The translations under genes and the position numbers were made by a program. The notes beneath the pieces are model-generated. The model made no database searches. It had not been told where the DNA came from and worked only from the letters and a program-made list of their open reading frames with translations. 64,000 bases of DNA, taken from NCBI GenBank assembly GCA_045638105.1, contig JAZUAT010000007.1, forward strand, positions 5,328 through 69,327, written 5' to 3'. Below, piece after piece: positions 37,795 through 47,452 of this stretch. Each line of letters starts with the position of its first letter. Positions within the stretch are counted from its first letter, which is position 1. The DNA comes from Christensenellaceae bacterium. GTDB lineage: Bacteria > Bacillota > Clostridia > Christensenellales > Borkfalkiaceae.

Positions 37795-38550
37795 TTATTG
37801 TTGTTGATATTTTTTATATTCGGTAGGCGATAGTCCAACGGCTTCTTTAAACGATTTTGAAAAGTGGAATTGGTCGCAAAACCCAACGTTTAAGGCAATT
37901 TCGTTAATGCTTAAGTTTGAAGAAGTTAGCAAAAGTTTTGCTTGTTCAAACCTAAAGTCGTTTATAGTTTTTTTAGGTGCTGTATTAGAGCAGTTTAAAA
38001 ATATTCTTCTTAAATGTACGGGCGAAATTCCAACTTCTTTTGCTAAACTTTCAACGGAAAAGTTTTGCTCGCGGTATTTTTTTACAATGATTTCCATTGC
38101 TTTTGAAAATATTTTATAGGAATTAGAGTACTTTTTATTTTTTGCAGTTATAAGTTCGCAATAAATGCGGTTTATAATTTCATACGCTCTAGGAGTTTTC
38201 ATTGGCGTTGGGTTAAGCCAATTATAAAGCGACTTGTAAAAATCGTTTTTAGTATGCTTCATATTTTTAAGCGCTATTGGCGAAAGCCCCTTTTTATTAA
38301 AAGAAAAATCAATGCAAACGTATTTTGCACTTTCTTTAACTAAAATGTTATAATCGCCACCTTCAGGAAGATATAAAACGTCACCTTCTTGAACGCTAAT
38401 AGTAACGTTTTTAAACAAATAGTCCGCTTTTCCTTTTAAAACGTAACAAAATCCGTCGTGCTTGCGTTTTTCATTGCGTTTTATAAATGCAGGGTTAAAT
38501 TCGCCCTCATAACTAGCGTAAATATTTTCAATAATTAGATTGTTTTCCAT
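37795..38550 (-). CDS. AraC-family transcriptional regulator, divergent from the glycyl radical enzyme gene
   Basis: Cupin-like N-terminus, and C-terminal HTH '…VESLAKEVGISPVHLRRIFLNCSNTAPKKTINDFRFEQAKLLL…'. Confidence 0.75.
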   Translation of the reverse strand: MENNLIIENIYASYEGEFNPAFIKRNEKRKHDGFCYVLKGKADYLFKNVTISVQEGDVLYLPEGGDYNILVKESAKYVCIDFSFNKKGLSPIALKNMKHTKNDFYKSLYNWLNPTPMKTPRAYEIINRIYCELITAKNKKYSNSYKIFSKAMEIIVKKYREQNFSVESLAKEVGISPVHLRRIFLNCSNTAPKKTINDFRFEQAKLLLTSSNLSINEIALNVGFCDQFHFSKSFKEAVGLSPTEYKKYQQQ

Positions 38551-38718
38551 ATATCTACCAACGTTAAAATTTAACTAACTATTAGTTAATATACAAATAT
38601 TTTAGCATAGGCAGGCAATTTTGTCAATATTAAATGTTCTAAAAACACATAATGTTTTATATGCGCATTTACATTTGAAGTTGTAAATTGATATGATAAT
38701 AATGCAAAGGAGAATTAT

Positions 38719-40911
38719 ATGGCAAACTTTTTTGAAAACAGAAAATTTATTGAAAATGAATTTAAAAACGCTAATTATGATGTGGCTACCGGTAAAAGTG
38801 TAGAAGAACTTGAACAAACGCTTATTGAAATGCAGGAAAATAGCACGCTAGATGAAGACCGTGAACTTTTTTGTGCAAACGCCTATGCGTATTTACTTAA
38901 AAACGCAAGGCTTGAAATTAACGAACGCACGCCGTTTTCAGTAAAATTTGACCTTGGCGTAACCTATTTTAAACACGCCGGTTGGGACGTTTTTGACAAA
39001 ATTATTTTTAGAAGACAAAGAGAAAAGGTTTTAGGCGCAAAACTTCCAAAAGAGTACAAAAAAATGTGCGATTGGCAAGAAGTTGGATTGGGAGACGTGT
39101 TTACCGACTTTTGGCATACCGTTCCAAATTGGAACAACCTTTTAAAATACGGTTTTAGCGGAATTTTAGAAAGTGCCAAACAAAGCAAGGAAAATCTTTT
39201 AAAAAATAACGACGAGCGTGGCGTTAGGTTTTTAAATTCGCTTATTATTAGGTACGAGGCAATAATTGAGTTTTTAGAAAGGGTTTATAACTACTCGTTA
39301 AACTTTAACGTGCAAAAATTTTCGCAAGCGGTAAAAAATTTAATTAGCAATCCGCCAAAAACTTTGTACGAAGTAATGCTATTTCAAGTATTTTATCTCT
39401 ATTTTGAAGAAATTGGGCCAGAAAGGGGTAGAACGCTTGGCGCTATAGACGCGCTCTATTACGATTTTTACAAAGCCGAACTTGATAGCGGTACGAGTTT
39501 AGAAGAAATCAAAGATTTATTTAGATATCTCTTTATTCACTTTGTTGCAAGCAAGCGTTTTGCGCAACAACCATTTTTAGTAGGCGGTTCTAACCTTGAC
39601 GGAAGCGATAGGTGTAACGAACTCACTTATCTTATTTTAGACGTTTACGATGAACTTAATATTTACGACCCTAAAATACATTTACGCTATCATAAAAACG
39701 TAGACCAAAAAGTTTTAACAAAAGTTCTTGATATGATAAGGCGTGGCAACAGCAGTATTTGTATTATTAACGATGAAGCCGTTTTAAAAGGTTATGAAAA
39801 AATAGGAATTGGTAAAGAAGACGCCATAAATTACGTTTTGCTTGGCTGTTACGAACCCGTTGTTATGGGGCTTGAAGAACCTGAAGTTGGCGTTTCTTGG
39901 CTCAATGCAGTTAAGCCTATTGAGTTTACGCTAAATAATGGTAAAGATATTTTACAAGATAGGCAAATTGGCATAACTCAAAACAGCAATTTTGCTACTT
40001 TTGATGAATTTTTTGAAGCGTACCTTAACGAACTTGACGCAATTATTGATTTTACCATTGATTTTGCTGGCAAGCAAAGTAAGTATAATACGCTTGTAAA
40101 TCCGTCTCCAATATATTCTTCGTCTTTTACTGCTTGCATTGAAAAGGGGAGAGACGTTCACGAATATCCATTAAAATACAACAATATGTCAATAAAATGT
40201 TTTGGGCTTGGCACGGTTGTTGATAGCCTTGTTGCTATCAAAAAGTTTGTGTACGACCAAAAAATTATAACTTTAAAAGAATTTGTAAATGCCCTCAAAC
40301 AAAACTTTGAAGGATACGAAGAATTAAGAACTAAAATTTTAAACGATAGCGATAAATACGGCAACGGCTTACCGCTTCCTGATGAAATTATGGTTAAAAT
40401 CACTTCGCATCTAGGCAAAAAATATTGCGGTAAAGTTGTTAATGACAATAGGCGTTTACGCCTTGGGCTTGACTCAATAGACACGCACATTAGCAGGGGT
40501 AGGGACACTTCTGCTACGCCTTGCGGTAGAAAAGCAGGCACGCCAATTTCACGCAATCTTTGTGCAACGGCTGGCAAAGATAGGGAAGGCATAACGGGCT
40601 ATATGCAAAGCGTTTTAAAAATTGATTCTTCTGCGTTTTTAGATTCCGCTATATTTGACTTTACTTTACACCCATCTGCAATAGAAGGCGACAAGGGGCT
40701 TAAAGATTTTACTTCGCTTGTAAAAGTGTTCTTTGAAAGCGGCGGATTTGGGATGCAAGGCAATATCGTTAATAAGGAAACGCTTAAAAAAGCGCAAGAA
40801 GACCCTATCAAATATTCAACACTTCAAATAAGGGTGTGCGGTTGGAACGAGTATTTTGTTAAGATGTCAAAGAGCAAGCAAGATTACTTTATTTCCGCAG
40901 TAGAGGACTAA
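38719..40911 (+). CDS. Glycyl radical enzyme (PFL-fold) of the single-Cys eliminase/dehydratase type. Substrate unknown.
   Basis: C-terminal glycyl-radical motif 'TLQIRVCGWNEYFV'. Active-site loop 'LLGCYEPVV' (Cys plus Glu, as in glycerol dehydratase and CutC-type GREs). 730 aa. Immediately followed by its activase. Confidence 0.75.
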   Translation: MANFFENRKFIENEFKNANYDVATGKSVEELEQTLIEMQENSTLDEDRELFCANAYAYLLKNARLEINERTPFSVKFDLGVTYFKHAGWDVFDKIIFRRQREKVLGAKLPKEYKKMCDWQEVGLGDVFTDFWHTVPNWNNLLKYGFSGILESAKQSKENLLKNNDERGVRFLNSLIIRYEAIIEFLERVYNYSLNFNVQKFSQAVKNLISNPPKTLYEVMLFQVFYLYFEEIGPERGRTLGAIDALYYDFYKAELDSGTSLEEIKDLFRYLFIHFVASKRFAQQPFLVGGSNLDGSDRCNELTYLILDVYDELNIYDPKIHLRYHKNVDQKVLTKVLDMIRRGNSSICIINDEAVLKGYEKIGIGKEDAINYVLLGCYEPVVMGLEEPEVGVSWLNAVKPIEFTLNNGKDILQDRQIGITQNSNFATFDEFFEAYLNELDAIIDFTIDFAGKQSKYNTLVNPSPIYSSSFTACIEKGRDVHEYPLKYNNMSIKCFGLGTVVDSLVAIKKFVYDQKIITLKEFVNALKQNFEGYEELRTKILNDSDKYGNGLPLPDEIMVKITSHLGKKYCGKVVNDNRRLRLGLDSIDTHISRGRDTSATPCGRKAGTPISRNLCATAGKDREGITGYMQSVLKIDSSAFLDSAIFDFTLHPSAIEGDKGLKDFTSLVKVFFESGGFGMQGNIVNKETLKKAQEDPIKYSTLQIRVCGWNEYFVKMSKSKQDYFISAVED

Positions 40912-40914
40912 AAA

Positions 40915-41787
40915 ATGATTTTTGCAATTAAGAGATTTGAAACGCACGATGGTGATGGAATTAGAACAACCGTATTTTTTAAAGGTTGCCCTTTAAGGTG
41001 CGTGTGGTGCCACAATCCCGAATCGTTTAGCTTCAAAAAAGAAATGGCGTTTAACCCTGAACTTTGCGTTAACTGCTTAAGGTGTACTACTTTATGTACG
41101 GCAAATCAAGTGGAAAACGGCAAGCATATTTTTAAAAGGGAAAATTGTGTAAAGTGCGGTAAGTGCTTAGAAGTTTGCCCGTCACGTGTTTTTACGCTTT
41201 ACGGCGAGGAGCGTACCGCAAAAGATATAGCTACGGAAGTACTGCGTGACAAAATGTTTTTTGACGGGTCAGGTGGCGGTGTAACGCTATCTGGCGGAGA
41301 GCCTTTAATGCAACAAGACTTATGTTACGAACTTGCAAAACTTTTAAAAGAAAACGGAGTTAACGTAGCAATAGACACGTGCGGTTACGTTGAAAAAAGC
41401 GTAATAGAGAAAATTTTGCCGTACGTTGATACGTTTTTATATGATATAAAAGCAATAGATCCTCTTGTTCATAAAAAGTGTACAGGCGTTACAAACGAAG
41501 TAATTTTAGAAAATTTAAAATTTATAGACGATGCGGGTAAAAAGATAGAAATTAGAATTCCTTTTGTTCCAAATTTTAATGACGGCGAAATTTTAAAAAT
41601 GGCAAATTTTATAAAAGATTTAAAAAACATTGAAAAAGTTCGCGTTTTGGCGTATCATAAATATGCGGAAATGAAATATATTTCTCTTGGAATTTTAGAC
41701 AATTCGCCAAGTGAACTTCCAACAAAAGAGCAATTAGAAAACGCGCGTAAAACTATAAAAGACGTTACGGGTTTTGAAGTTTTATAA
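40915..41787 (+). CDS. Glycyl-radical-enzyme activating protein (radical SAM plus ferredoxin-like clusters)
   Basis: 'GCPLRCVWCHNPE' carries the CxxxCxxC motif. Two extra Cys clusters: 'CVNCLRCTTLC' and 'CVKCGKCLEVCP'. 290 aa. Confidence 0.85.
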   Translation: MIFAIKRFETHDGDGIRTTVFFKGCPLRCVWCHNPESFSFKKEMAFNPELCVNCLRCTTLCTANQVENGKHIFKRENCVKCGKCLEVCPSRVFTLYGEERTAKDIATEVLRDKMFFDGSGGGVTLSGGEPLMQQDLCYELAKLLKENGVNVAIDTCGYVEKSVIEKILPYVDTFLYDIKAIDPLVHKKCTGVTNEVILENLKFIDDAGKKIEIRIPFVPNFNDGEILKMANFIKDLKNIEKVRVLAYHKYAEMKYISLGILDNSPSELPTKEQLENARKTIKDVTGFEVL

Positions 41788-41798
41788 AGGAGAGAAAA

Positions 41799-43949
41799 AT
41801 GAAATTTAATCAAAATTGGTTAGGTTATAGAATTCATAACGGAGAAAAGAGCAAGCCTTTTAAAGTAGAAGTGCCTGGAAATATTCAATATGACTATGGC
41901 GTAGCAAACAATTTTAAGGACGTGTACTTTAATGATGGTTGCCGTCAATACGAGTGCCTTGAAGACGACGCTTGGGAATATGAATCAACCCTTAACTATA
42001 CAAAAAATGACGGAGAAAGCGTGTTTTTTATAAGTGATGGTATTGACTATAAATACCAAATTTATATAAACGATACAAAACTTTTTGAAAACGAAGGTAT
42101 GTATGCTCCCGTTGAACTTGACTTAACCAAATATTTAACGGGTAGTGACGTATTGTCTATTAAAATAGCACCGCACCCTAAAAGGGTTGGCGCTCCAAAA
42201 GACAGAAACGAAGCCGACCACTCTGCAAAACCGCCAATGTGCTACGGGTGGGACTGGAATCCACGTCTTTTAATTTCGGGTTTATACGCTAGTGCGTATA
42301 TTGAAACGCGTAGCGAATATTATATTTCTAATCCGCAAGTTACTTATAAATTAAGCGATGATTTTAGCGTGGCTAACGTTGAGTTTAAGTTTGATAGCAA
42401 AGTTTTATCAACCATAACTTTATATGACGACTATTCAAACGTTGTTTATAGCGGAGAGCAAAAAACCTTTGACGTATTAAGCCCTAAACTTTGGTGGTGT
42501 AGTGGCGAAGGCGAGCAAACGCTTTATACTTACGTCGTTGAAAATAGAGGCTATAGTGTTAGCGGAAAAATCGGCTTTAGAAGAGCAAAACTTGTTGAAA
42601 ACAACGGCGCGTGGACAAAGCCAGGCTTCCCTAAAGGTCCTGAAAATCCGCCTATCACGTTAGAACTTAACGGAAGACGCATATTTATGAAAGGCTCTAA
42701 CTTTGTTAATGCAGATATATTCCCTGGTAGAACTCCATACGAACGCTACTTTGAACTTGTTCGCCTTGCAAAAGACGCTAATATGAACATATTTAGAATG
42801 TGGGGTGGCTCTGGGCCAATGCACAAATGTTTTTACGAAATTTGTGATGAACTTGGCATTATGGTTTGGCAAGAATTTATGCTTTCTTGCAACAAATATC
42901 CAAATGAAGAGCATTATTTAGAAGTTTTAGAAAAAGAAGCAAAAAGCGTAATTTTAAATTTAATTAAACACCCTTGCTTAGTAATGTGGTGCGGTGGCAA
43001 CGAACTCTTTAATGGTTGGTCGGGTATGGATGAGCAAAGTTTACCACTTCGCTTGCTTGATAAACTTTGTTATGAATATAGTAGAGATTTGCCGTTTATA
43101 AAAACTTCTCCAATAATGGGTATGGCACACGGTGGTTACACTTTTTACGATGAAGTTAGATTTGGCGGAGATATGTTTAACGAATTTCAAAGGGCAAACA
43201 ATACGGCTTATACGGAGTTCGGCGTTCCGTCAATTGCACCGCTTGAAGTGCTTAAAAAGATTATTCCTGAAAACGAAATTTTCCCTATTGAAGAAACTGA
43301 AAGTTATATTCTTCATCACGCTAAAAAGGCTTGGCGTGGCGATACTTGGGCTTGCACCGATATTTTAGAGCGTTATTTTGGCAAAGCCGAAAGCATTGAA
43401 GATTTAATTGCGCAGTCAAATTGGATTCAATGTGAAGGCTACCGCGCGTCTTTTGAAGAAATGCGTAAACAATGGCCAGTTTGTAGTGCTGCACTAAATT
43501 GGGTTTATAACGAGCCTTGGTACACCGCCGCAAACAATAGCATTTTAGTTTTCCCTGCAACGCCAAAGCCAGCGTACTATGCAATTAAAAGTGCGCTTCG
43601 CCCAACTATTTTTAGCGCACGCGTGCCTAAATTCAAATGGATAGAAGGCGAAAAGTTTAAAGCTGAAATTTGGCTTTTAAACGATAGCAACAAAGAAGTT
43701 GAATTAAGTGCAAAAGTTTATTTAAAAATAGGCGACAACAAGATTTTACTTTTAGAAAAGGTTAGTGGAAAAGCAAGTGCAAAAACTAACGTAGAATGTG
43801 CTTCCGTATGTACAATTCTTCCTGAAGTTCAAGGAACTGACGATATGCACCTTGTAATTGAAAGCGACAAAGAATATTCAAACGAATATCGTTTAAGATA
43901 CGAGCCGTTCAAAAAAATTGTTAAGCCTAAAATTTTAAACGACGTATAA
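41799..43949 (+). CDS. Glycoside hydrolase family 2 protein (beta-mannosidase/beta-galactosidase-like)
   Basis: N-terminal sugar-binding and Ig-like domains followed by a TIM barrel ('NGRRIFMKGSNFVNADIFPGR', 'NMNIFRMWGGSGP', 'WQEFMLSCNKYPN', 'MWCGGNELFNGW'). Confidence 0.75.
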   Translation: MKFNQNWLGYRIHNGEKSKPFKVEVPGNIQYDYGVANNFKDVYFNDGCRQYECLEDDAWEYESTLNYTKNDGESVFFISDGIDYKYQIYINDTKLFENEGMYAPVELDLTKYLTGSDVLSIKIAPHPKRVGAPKDRNEADHSAKPPMCYGWDWNPRLLISGLYASAYIETRSEYYISNPQVTYKLSDDFSVANVEFKFDSKVLSTITLYDDYSNVVYSGEQKTFDVLSPKLWWCSGEGEQTLYTYVVENRGYSVSGKIGFRRAKLVENNGAWTKPGFPKGPENPPITLELNGRRIFMKGSNFVNADIFPGRTPYERYFELVRLAKDANMNIFRMWGGSGPMHKCFYEICDELGIMVWQEFMLSCNKYPNEEHYLEVLEKEAKSVILNLIKHPCLVMWCGGNELFNGWSGMDEQSLPLRLLDKLCYEYSRDLPFIKTSPIMGMAHGGYTFYDEVRFGGDMFNEFQRANNTAYTEFGVPSIAPLEVLKKIIPENEIFPIEETESYILHHAKKAWRGDTWACTDILERYFGKAESIEDLIAQSNWIQCEGYRASFEEMRKQWPVCSAALNWVYNEPWYTAANNSILVFPATPKPAYYAIKSALRPTIFSARVPKFKWIEGEKFKAEIWLLNDSNKEVELSAKVYLKIGDNKILLLEKVSGKASAKTNVECASVCTILPEVQGTDDMHLVIESDKEYSNEYRLRYEPFKKIVKPKILNDV

Positions 43950-43963
43950 ACAAGGAGTTTGTT

Positions 43964-44602
43964 ATGGAATTAAAAGATAAAATCGTTTTATGTTTAGGAG
44001 ACTCTATAACCTACGCCAACGAATATTTAGAAGAGTTAAAAAGGCTATCGGGCGCAAAAGAAGTTGTTAATTACGGCGTTGCTGGCACAACCATAGCAAA
44101 GCGCAAAAAACTACTTGGCAACCGCTACGATGAAGACTTTTTAATGCGTTTAGAAACTATGCAACAAGAAGGCGACTTAATTGTTGTTTTTGGCGGTACT
44201 AACGACTACGGCCACGGCGACGTGCCTATCGGTTTAGAAACCGACACTACGCTTGATACTTTTAGCGGAAACGTTAGAATTTTAATAAATATGTTAAGGG
44301 AAAAGTATAAAAACGTTCCTATAATATTTATAACACCGCTTCATAGAATAAACGAAGATGACGTTCACGGCGAATTCGGCTTAAAACCTACCGCTATGGG
44401 TACGCTTAAACAATACGTTGACGCGCTTATAAAAGTTTTAAAATTAGAAAACGTTAATATTTTAGACCTTTATAACGATAGTGATTTTAGTTTTGATAAC
44501 GAACTTTTCCGTTCTTACGTTAAAGTTGACGGCTTGCACCCTAACGACGACGGCCATAGAGCAATAGCCAAAAAACTATATGAGTTTATATTAAAAATGT
44601 AA
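43964..44602 (+). CDS. SGNH/GDSL-family hydrolase (esterase or deacetylase)
   Basis: Block I 'IVLCLGDSITY', 'GGTNDY', and a C-terminal 'DGLHPN' (DxxH). Confidence 0.7.
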   Translation: MELKDKIVLCLGDSITYANEYLEELKRLSGAKEVVNYGVAGTTIAKRKKLLGNRYDEDFLMRLETMQQEGDLIVVFGGTNDYGHGDVPIGLETDTTLDTFSGNVRILINMLREKYKNVPIIFITPLHRINEDDVHGEFGLKPTAMGTLKQYVDALIKVLKLENVNILDLYNDSDFSFDNELFRSYVKVDGLHPNDDGHRAIAKKLYEFILKM

Positions 44603-44605
44603 TTA

Positions 44606-44638
44606 AAAACCACGGGTTTTCACCCGTGGATTTTTTAT
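44606..44638. terminator. Bidirectional terminator
   Basis: ccacgggt-tttc-acccgtgg, flanked by aaaaa and ttttttatttt. Confidence 0.75.
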
Positions 44639-44639
44639 T

Positions 44640-45224
44640 TTATTTATGAAGTTCGTCGTGAATATAGTTAAAGTTTGAAACAAGGTCGTTTCCAATTTTG
44701 TCATAAATACGCTTAAAGTCATAAAGTACTGCTTTAGATTCCTTTAAGTTTTTAACCGTACGGCTTATATAAACGTCAACAGTGTCTTTATAAAAACCAA
44801 AGCGTACTTGTGGGTAAGTTTGCTTTAAGTGTGCTTGCGTTTTAACGTAATCTTTCATAGGTAAACCGCTAAAAATAACTTTAACAGACGTGTTGTAAAC
44901 GTAAGGGCCTAAACCTTCACGTTCTTTGCCAAAAATTTTAGTTTTATAGTAGTACCTGTCTCTACTAAAAGAAGCTTCTGCAGTAAAAGTGTTTTTGTAC
45001 GCTGTTGCAAAAAGATGAGTTATTGAATAAGTTGCGTACCAACCTTCGTTAGAAACTTTGCAATCAATACCGCTTTTTCTATAAGAGCGCGGAGCTTTTG
45101 CCAAATTAAAACCAGGCAAAACTTTTTTAAACATTGGAATTGCATCCATTGGTTTAATGCCAAAAATACGGCATTTTAAATTTGTAATTTTCATTTTTAA
45201 AAGTTCTTTTATAGACTTAAACAT
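44640..45224 (-). CDS. Hypothetical protein (194 aa); no recognisable motif
   Basis: ORF with good coding-like composition. Basic and aromatic-rich. Not assignable by eye. Confidence 0.35.
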   Translation of the reverse strand: MFKSIKELLKMKITNLKCRIFGIKPMDAIPMFKKVLPGFNLAKAPRSYRKSGIDCKVSNEGWYATYSITHLFATAYKNTFTAEASFSRDRYYYKTKIFGKEREGLGPYVYNTSVKVIFSGLPMKDYVKTQAHLKQTYPQVRFGFYKDTVDVYISRTVKNLKESKAVLYDFKRIYDKIGNDLVSNFNYIHDELHK

Positions 45225-45302
45225 ACTTAAAACTCCTATAATTTATATGATGTTGTAAAAATTATAGCACAATTAAATATGAATTTCAATACTTTTTAAA
45301 AA

Positions 45303-46799
45303 TTACTTTGCCGTTACCGCTTTTAGTTCCCTTTGCATCGCTAAATTTTTTAACTTTTGCTCTTTTTTAAAGTTTTTATAAGCGGAAACTCCTTGCTCCA
45401 TTGCCATTGGAAGTCCCCCAGGGGCGCTATTCCATTGCGAAGCAACAATAGCGTTTTTTACCCCGTTTACGTTTTGCTTATTTTTAACGGGTAGTTTGTT
45501 TTTTGGTATAACGTTAGCCATATACGCTCCGTTACTATGCCCCGTATATCGGCTATAGGAAGCTGGCGTCCACGCGTCAATAAGTTCTATTTTCCCTTGA
45601 AGGAAAGGGTATTCTTTTTCAATAGTTTTGATGCAAATTTTAGCAACGGCAAGTTTATGTTTTTGGTATTTTTGAAGGTTGGTTTTGCGTAGTTTTATCC
45701 ACTTGCGTGAACTTTCAAGCGAGCAAATAAACATTGTTTCTATTAAAATTTTTCCGTTTTTTACGCTGTTTTTAATATAAGGAAAATTTCTAACGGTTAG
45801 CGTTTTTCCAATATATTTAGAATATGGTGGGTCTACTAAAAGCAAGGTTTCATCTGAAAACGGCAAATGTTTTTCGTCAATTAAAAGGGCAGTGTGAAAA
45901 CTTGAAAAAGTATTATTTTTAACTTTTTCAAATTGCGTGGGCAGTTTTAAATTTAAAATTTTAGAGTATGCGGTTTCTATATCCGTACAAAATATTGCAT
46001 AATCAAAATTAACTTCGCCTTTATTTTTAATCATAATACTTTCCACCTTTTTATTTACTATTTTTGCGCCTATAACCTCACTATTAACGTAAATTTTACC
46101 GCCTAAACTTAAAAATTTACGTCGCATATTGTTTGCCATTTCAATAGAGCCACCCTCTGGAATTCCGCCGTTGCCCGACACAAAAGTTGCGTATGCTATA
46201 ATTAAAGCAAGGCTACTAAACTCGCCTTGAATATATCCGCCCATAACCATTTTTAAAAGTGGGTGCTTAAACTTGCTTGCTAGGTCTTCACAACTTAAAT
46301 TTACGTATCTTGCTAAAGCGCAAAGCGACGTTATTTTAGTTAACAAGGAAGTGTTTTTATCGTTATTTTTGCCCGCCATATCTAAAAGGTTGACAACGCT
46401 TTTTACTGCAGATATAAAAAGTTTAATTTCACGCCTATCTTCAAGGCTAACTAATAGCATTTGGCTATAAGTTTTTTCAATATTTTTAAAAAGGCTTAAA
46501 GTCTGCTCTTTGTATTTGGCGGTAAAAAAAGCGTCCGCATAATAAATTGCAACACCGTCAAGCGCACCAACTTCTTTCCAAATTTTGTAATGTGGAGATT
46601 TTGGGTTAGTGCCCGTTAGCCAATGAATACAATTATCAATTTCATATCCTTGCCTATACCAGCCTGTAAGATTTCCGCCAACCACGCCACACTTTTCATA
46701 AAGCTCAACGTTAAACCCGTCTTTTAATAAATATATTCCTGCAGTTAGCCCCGCAACGCCACCGCCAATTATACAAACTTTTACTCTATTATTTTCCAT
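45303..46799 (-). CDS. FAD/NAD(P)-binding oxidoreductase (phytoene-desaturase/amine-oxidase-like fold)
   Basis: N-terminal dinucleotide-binding motif 'VCIIGGGVAGLTAGIYLLKDGFNVELYEKCGVVGG'. 498 aa. Confidence 0.6.
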   Translation of the reverse strand: MENNRVKVCIIGGGVAGLTAGIYLLKDGFNVELYEKCGVVGGNLTGWYRQGYEIDNCIHWLTGTNPKSPHYKIWKEVGALDGVAIYYADAFFTAKYKEQTLSLFKNIEKTYSQMLLVSLEDRREIKLFISAVKSVVNLLDMAGKNNDKNTSLLTKITSLCALARYVNLSCEDLASKFKHPLLKMVMGGYIQGEFSSLALIIAYATFVSGNGGIPEGGSIEMANNMRRKFLSLGGKIYVNSEVIGAKIVNKKVESIMIKNKGEVNFDYAIFCTDIETAYSKILNLKLPTQFEKVKNNTFSSFHTALLIDEKHLPFSDETLLLVDPPYSKYIGKTLTVRNFPYIKNSVKNGKILIETMFICSLESSRKWIKLRKTNLQKYQKHKLAVAKICIKTIEKEYPFLQGKIELIDAWTPASYSRYTGHSNGAYMANVIPKNKLPVKNKQNVNGVKNAIVASQWNSAPGGLPMAMEQGVSAYKNFKKEQKLKNLAMQRELKAVTAK

Positions 46800-46859
46800 A
46801 TAAAAATTATTGACTATTATTAAAAAAACAAAACGCCAAATTTTGCATTTTTTTGTAAA

Positions 46860-47321
46860 ATGCTGTATAATAAAATTATGAAAAATCTTAAACTTAACTT
46901 TGAAATTTTGCCATCGGGAGCATTTAATAATAATTTGCGTGCCATTTTATCAAAAAAAGCGTGGGATTTTATTAGAAAGGACGCGTACGCCCGTTATGAA
47001 AACAAGTGTTCAATATGCGGTGCAAAACCAAAAAGGTTAGAAGCGCACGAAGTTTGGAGTTTTGACCTATCTTCAAAAACTCAAACGCTTGTTAACGTTA
47101 TTAGCGTTTGCCACCTTTGTCATAGCGTAATACATATTTCGCGCACGCAACTTGTGGGAGAGGAAGATAAAGCTATTCTTCATTTTAAAAAAGTAAACGG
47201 CGTAGACTTTACCGCTTACACCACCGCTCTTAAACAAGCAAACCTTAAAAACGCTCAACTTGATAAGGTTGACGCGTGGGCATTAAACCTAGATTGGCTA
47301 AAAAGATATATAAACGATTAA
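46860..47321 (+). CDS. HNH-type endonuclease-like protein
   Basis: 'CSICGAKPKRLEAHEVWSF…CHLCHSVIH' fits the zinc-finger HNH motif. The start may instead be 46878. Confidence 0.45.
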   Translation: MLYNKIMKNLKLNFEILPSGAFNNNLRAILSKKAWDFIRKDAYARYENKCSICGAKPKRLEAHEVWSFDLSSKTQTLVNVISVCHLCHSVIHISRTQLVGEEDKAILHFKKVNGVDFTAYTTALKQANLKNAQLDKVDAWALNLDWLKRYIND

Positions 47322-47354
47322 ACTTTCCGCTTTTTAAAGCGGAATTTTTAATTT

Positions 47355-47428
47355 TGCAAATAAATTTGCATAATTTGTAATTAAAATTATATAATAGTAT
47401 TGACAAATTTAAAATAGAGCATTACAAT
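47355..47428 (+). promoter_or_regulatory. Perfect 7-bp-arm palindrome (TGCAAAT-aa-ATTTGCA) plus a consensus promoter (TTGACA, 17-nt spacer, TACAAT) upstream of the RHH gene and clpB
   Basis: Palindrome at 47355-47370. ttgaca at 47400-47405. tacaat at 47423-47428. RBS 'aaaggag' at 47440. Confidence 0.5.
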
Positions 47429-47452
47429 ATATATAGATAAAGGAGCATAGAA

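Noticed and set aside
46860-47321. HNH protein as evidence of a prophage
   Set aside because: No integrase, terminase, capsid or portal genes occur anywhere in the window. An isolated HNH motif is insufficient.
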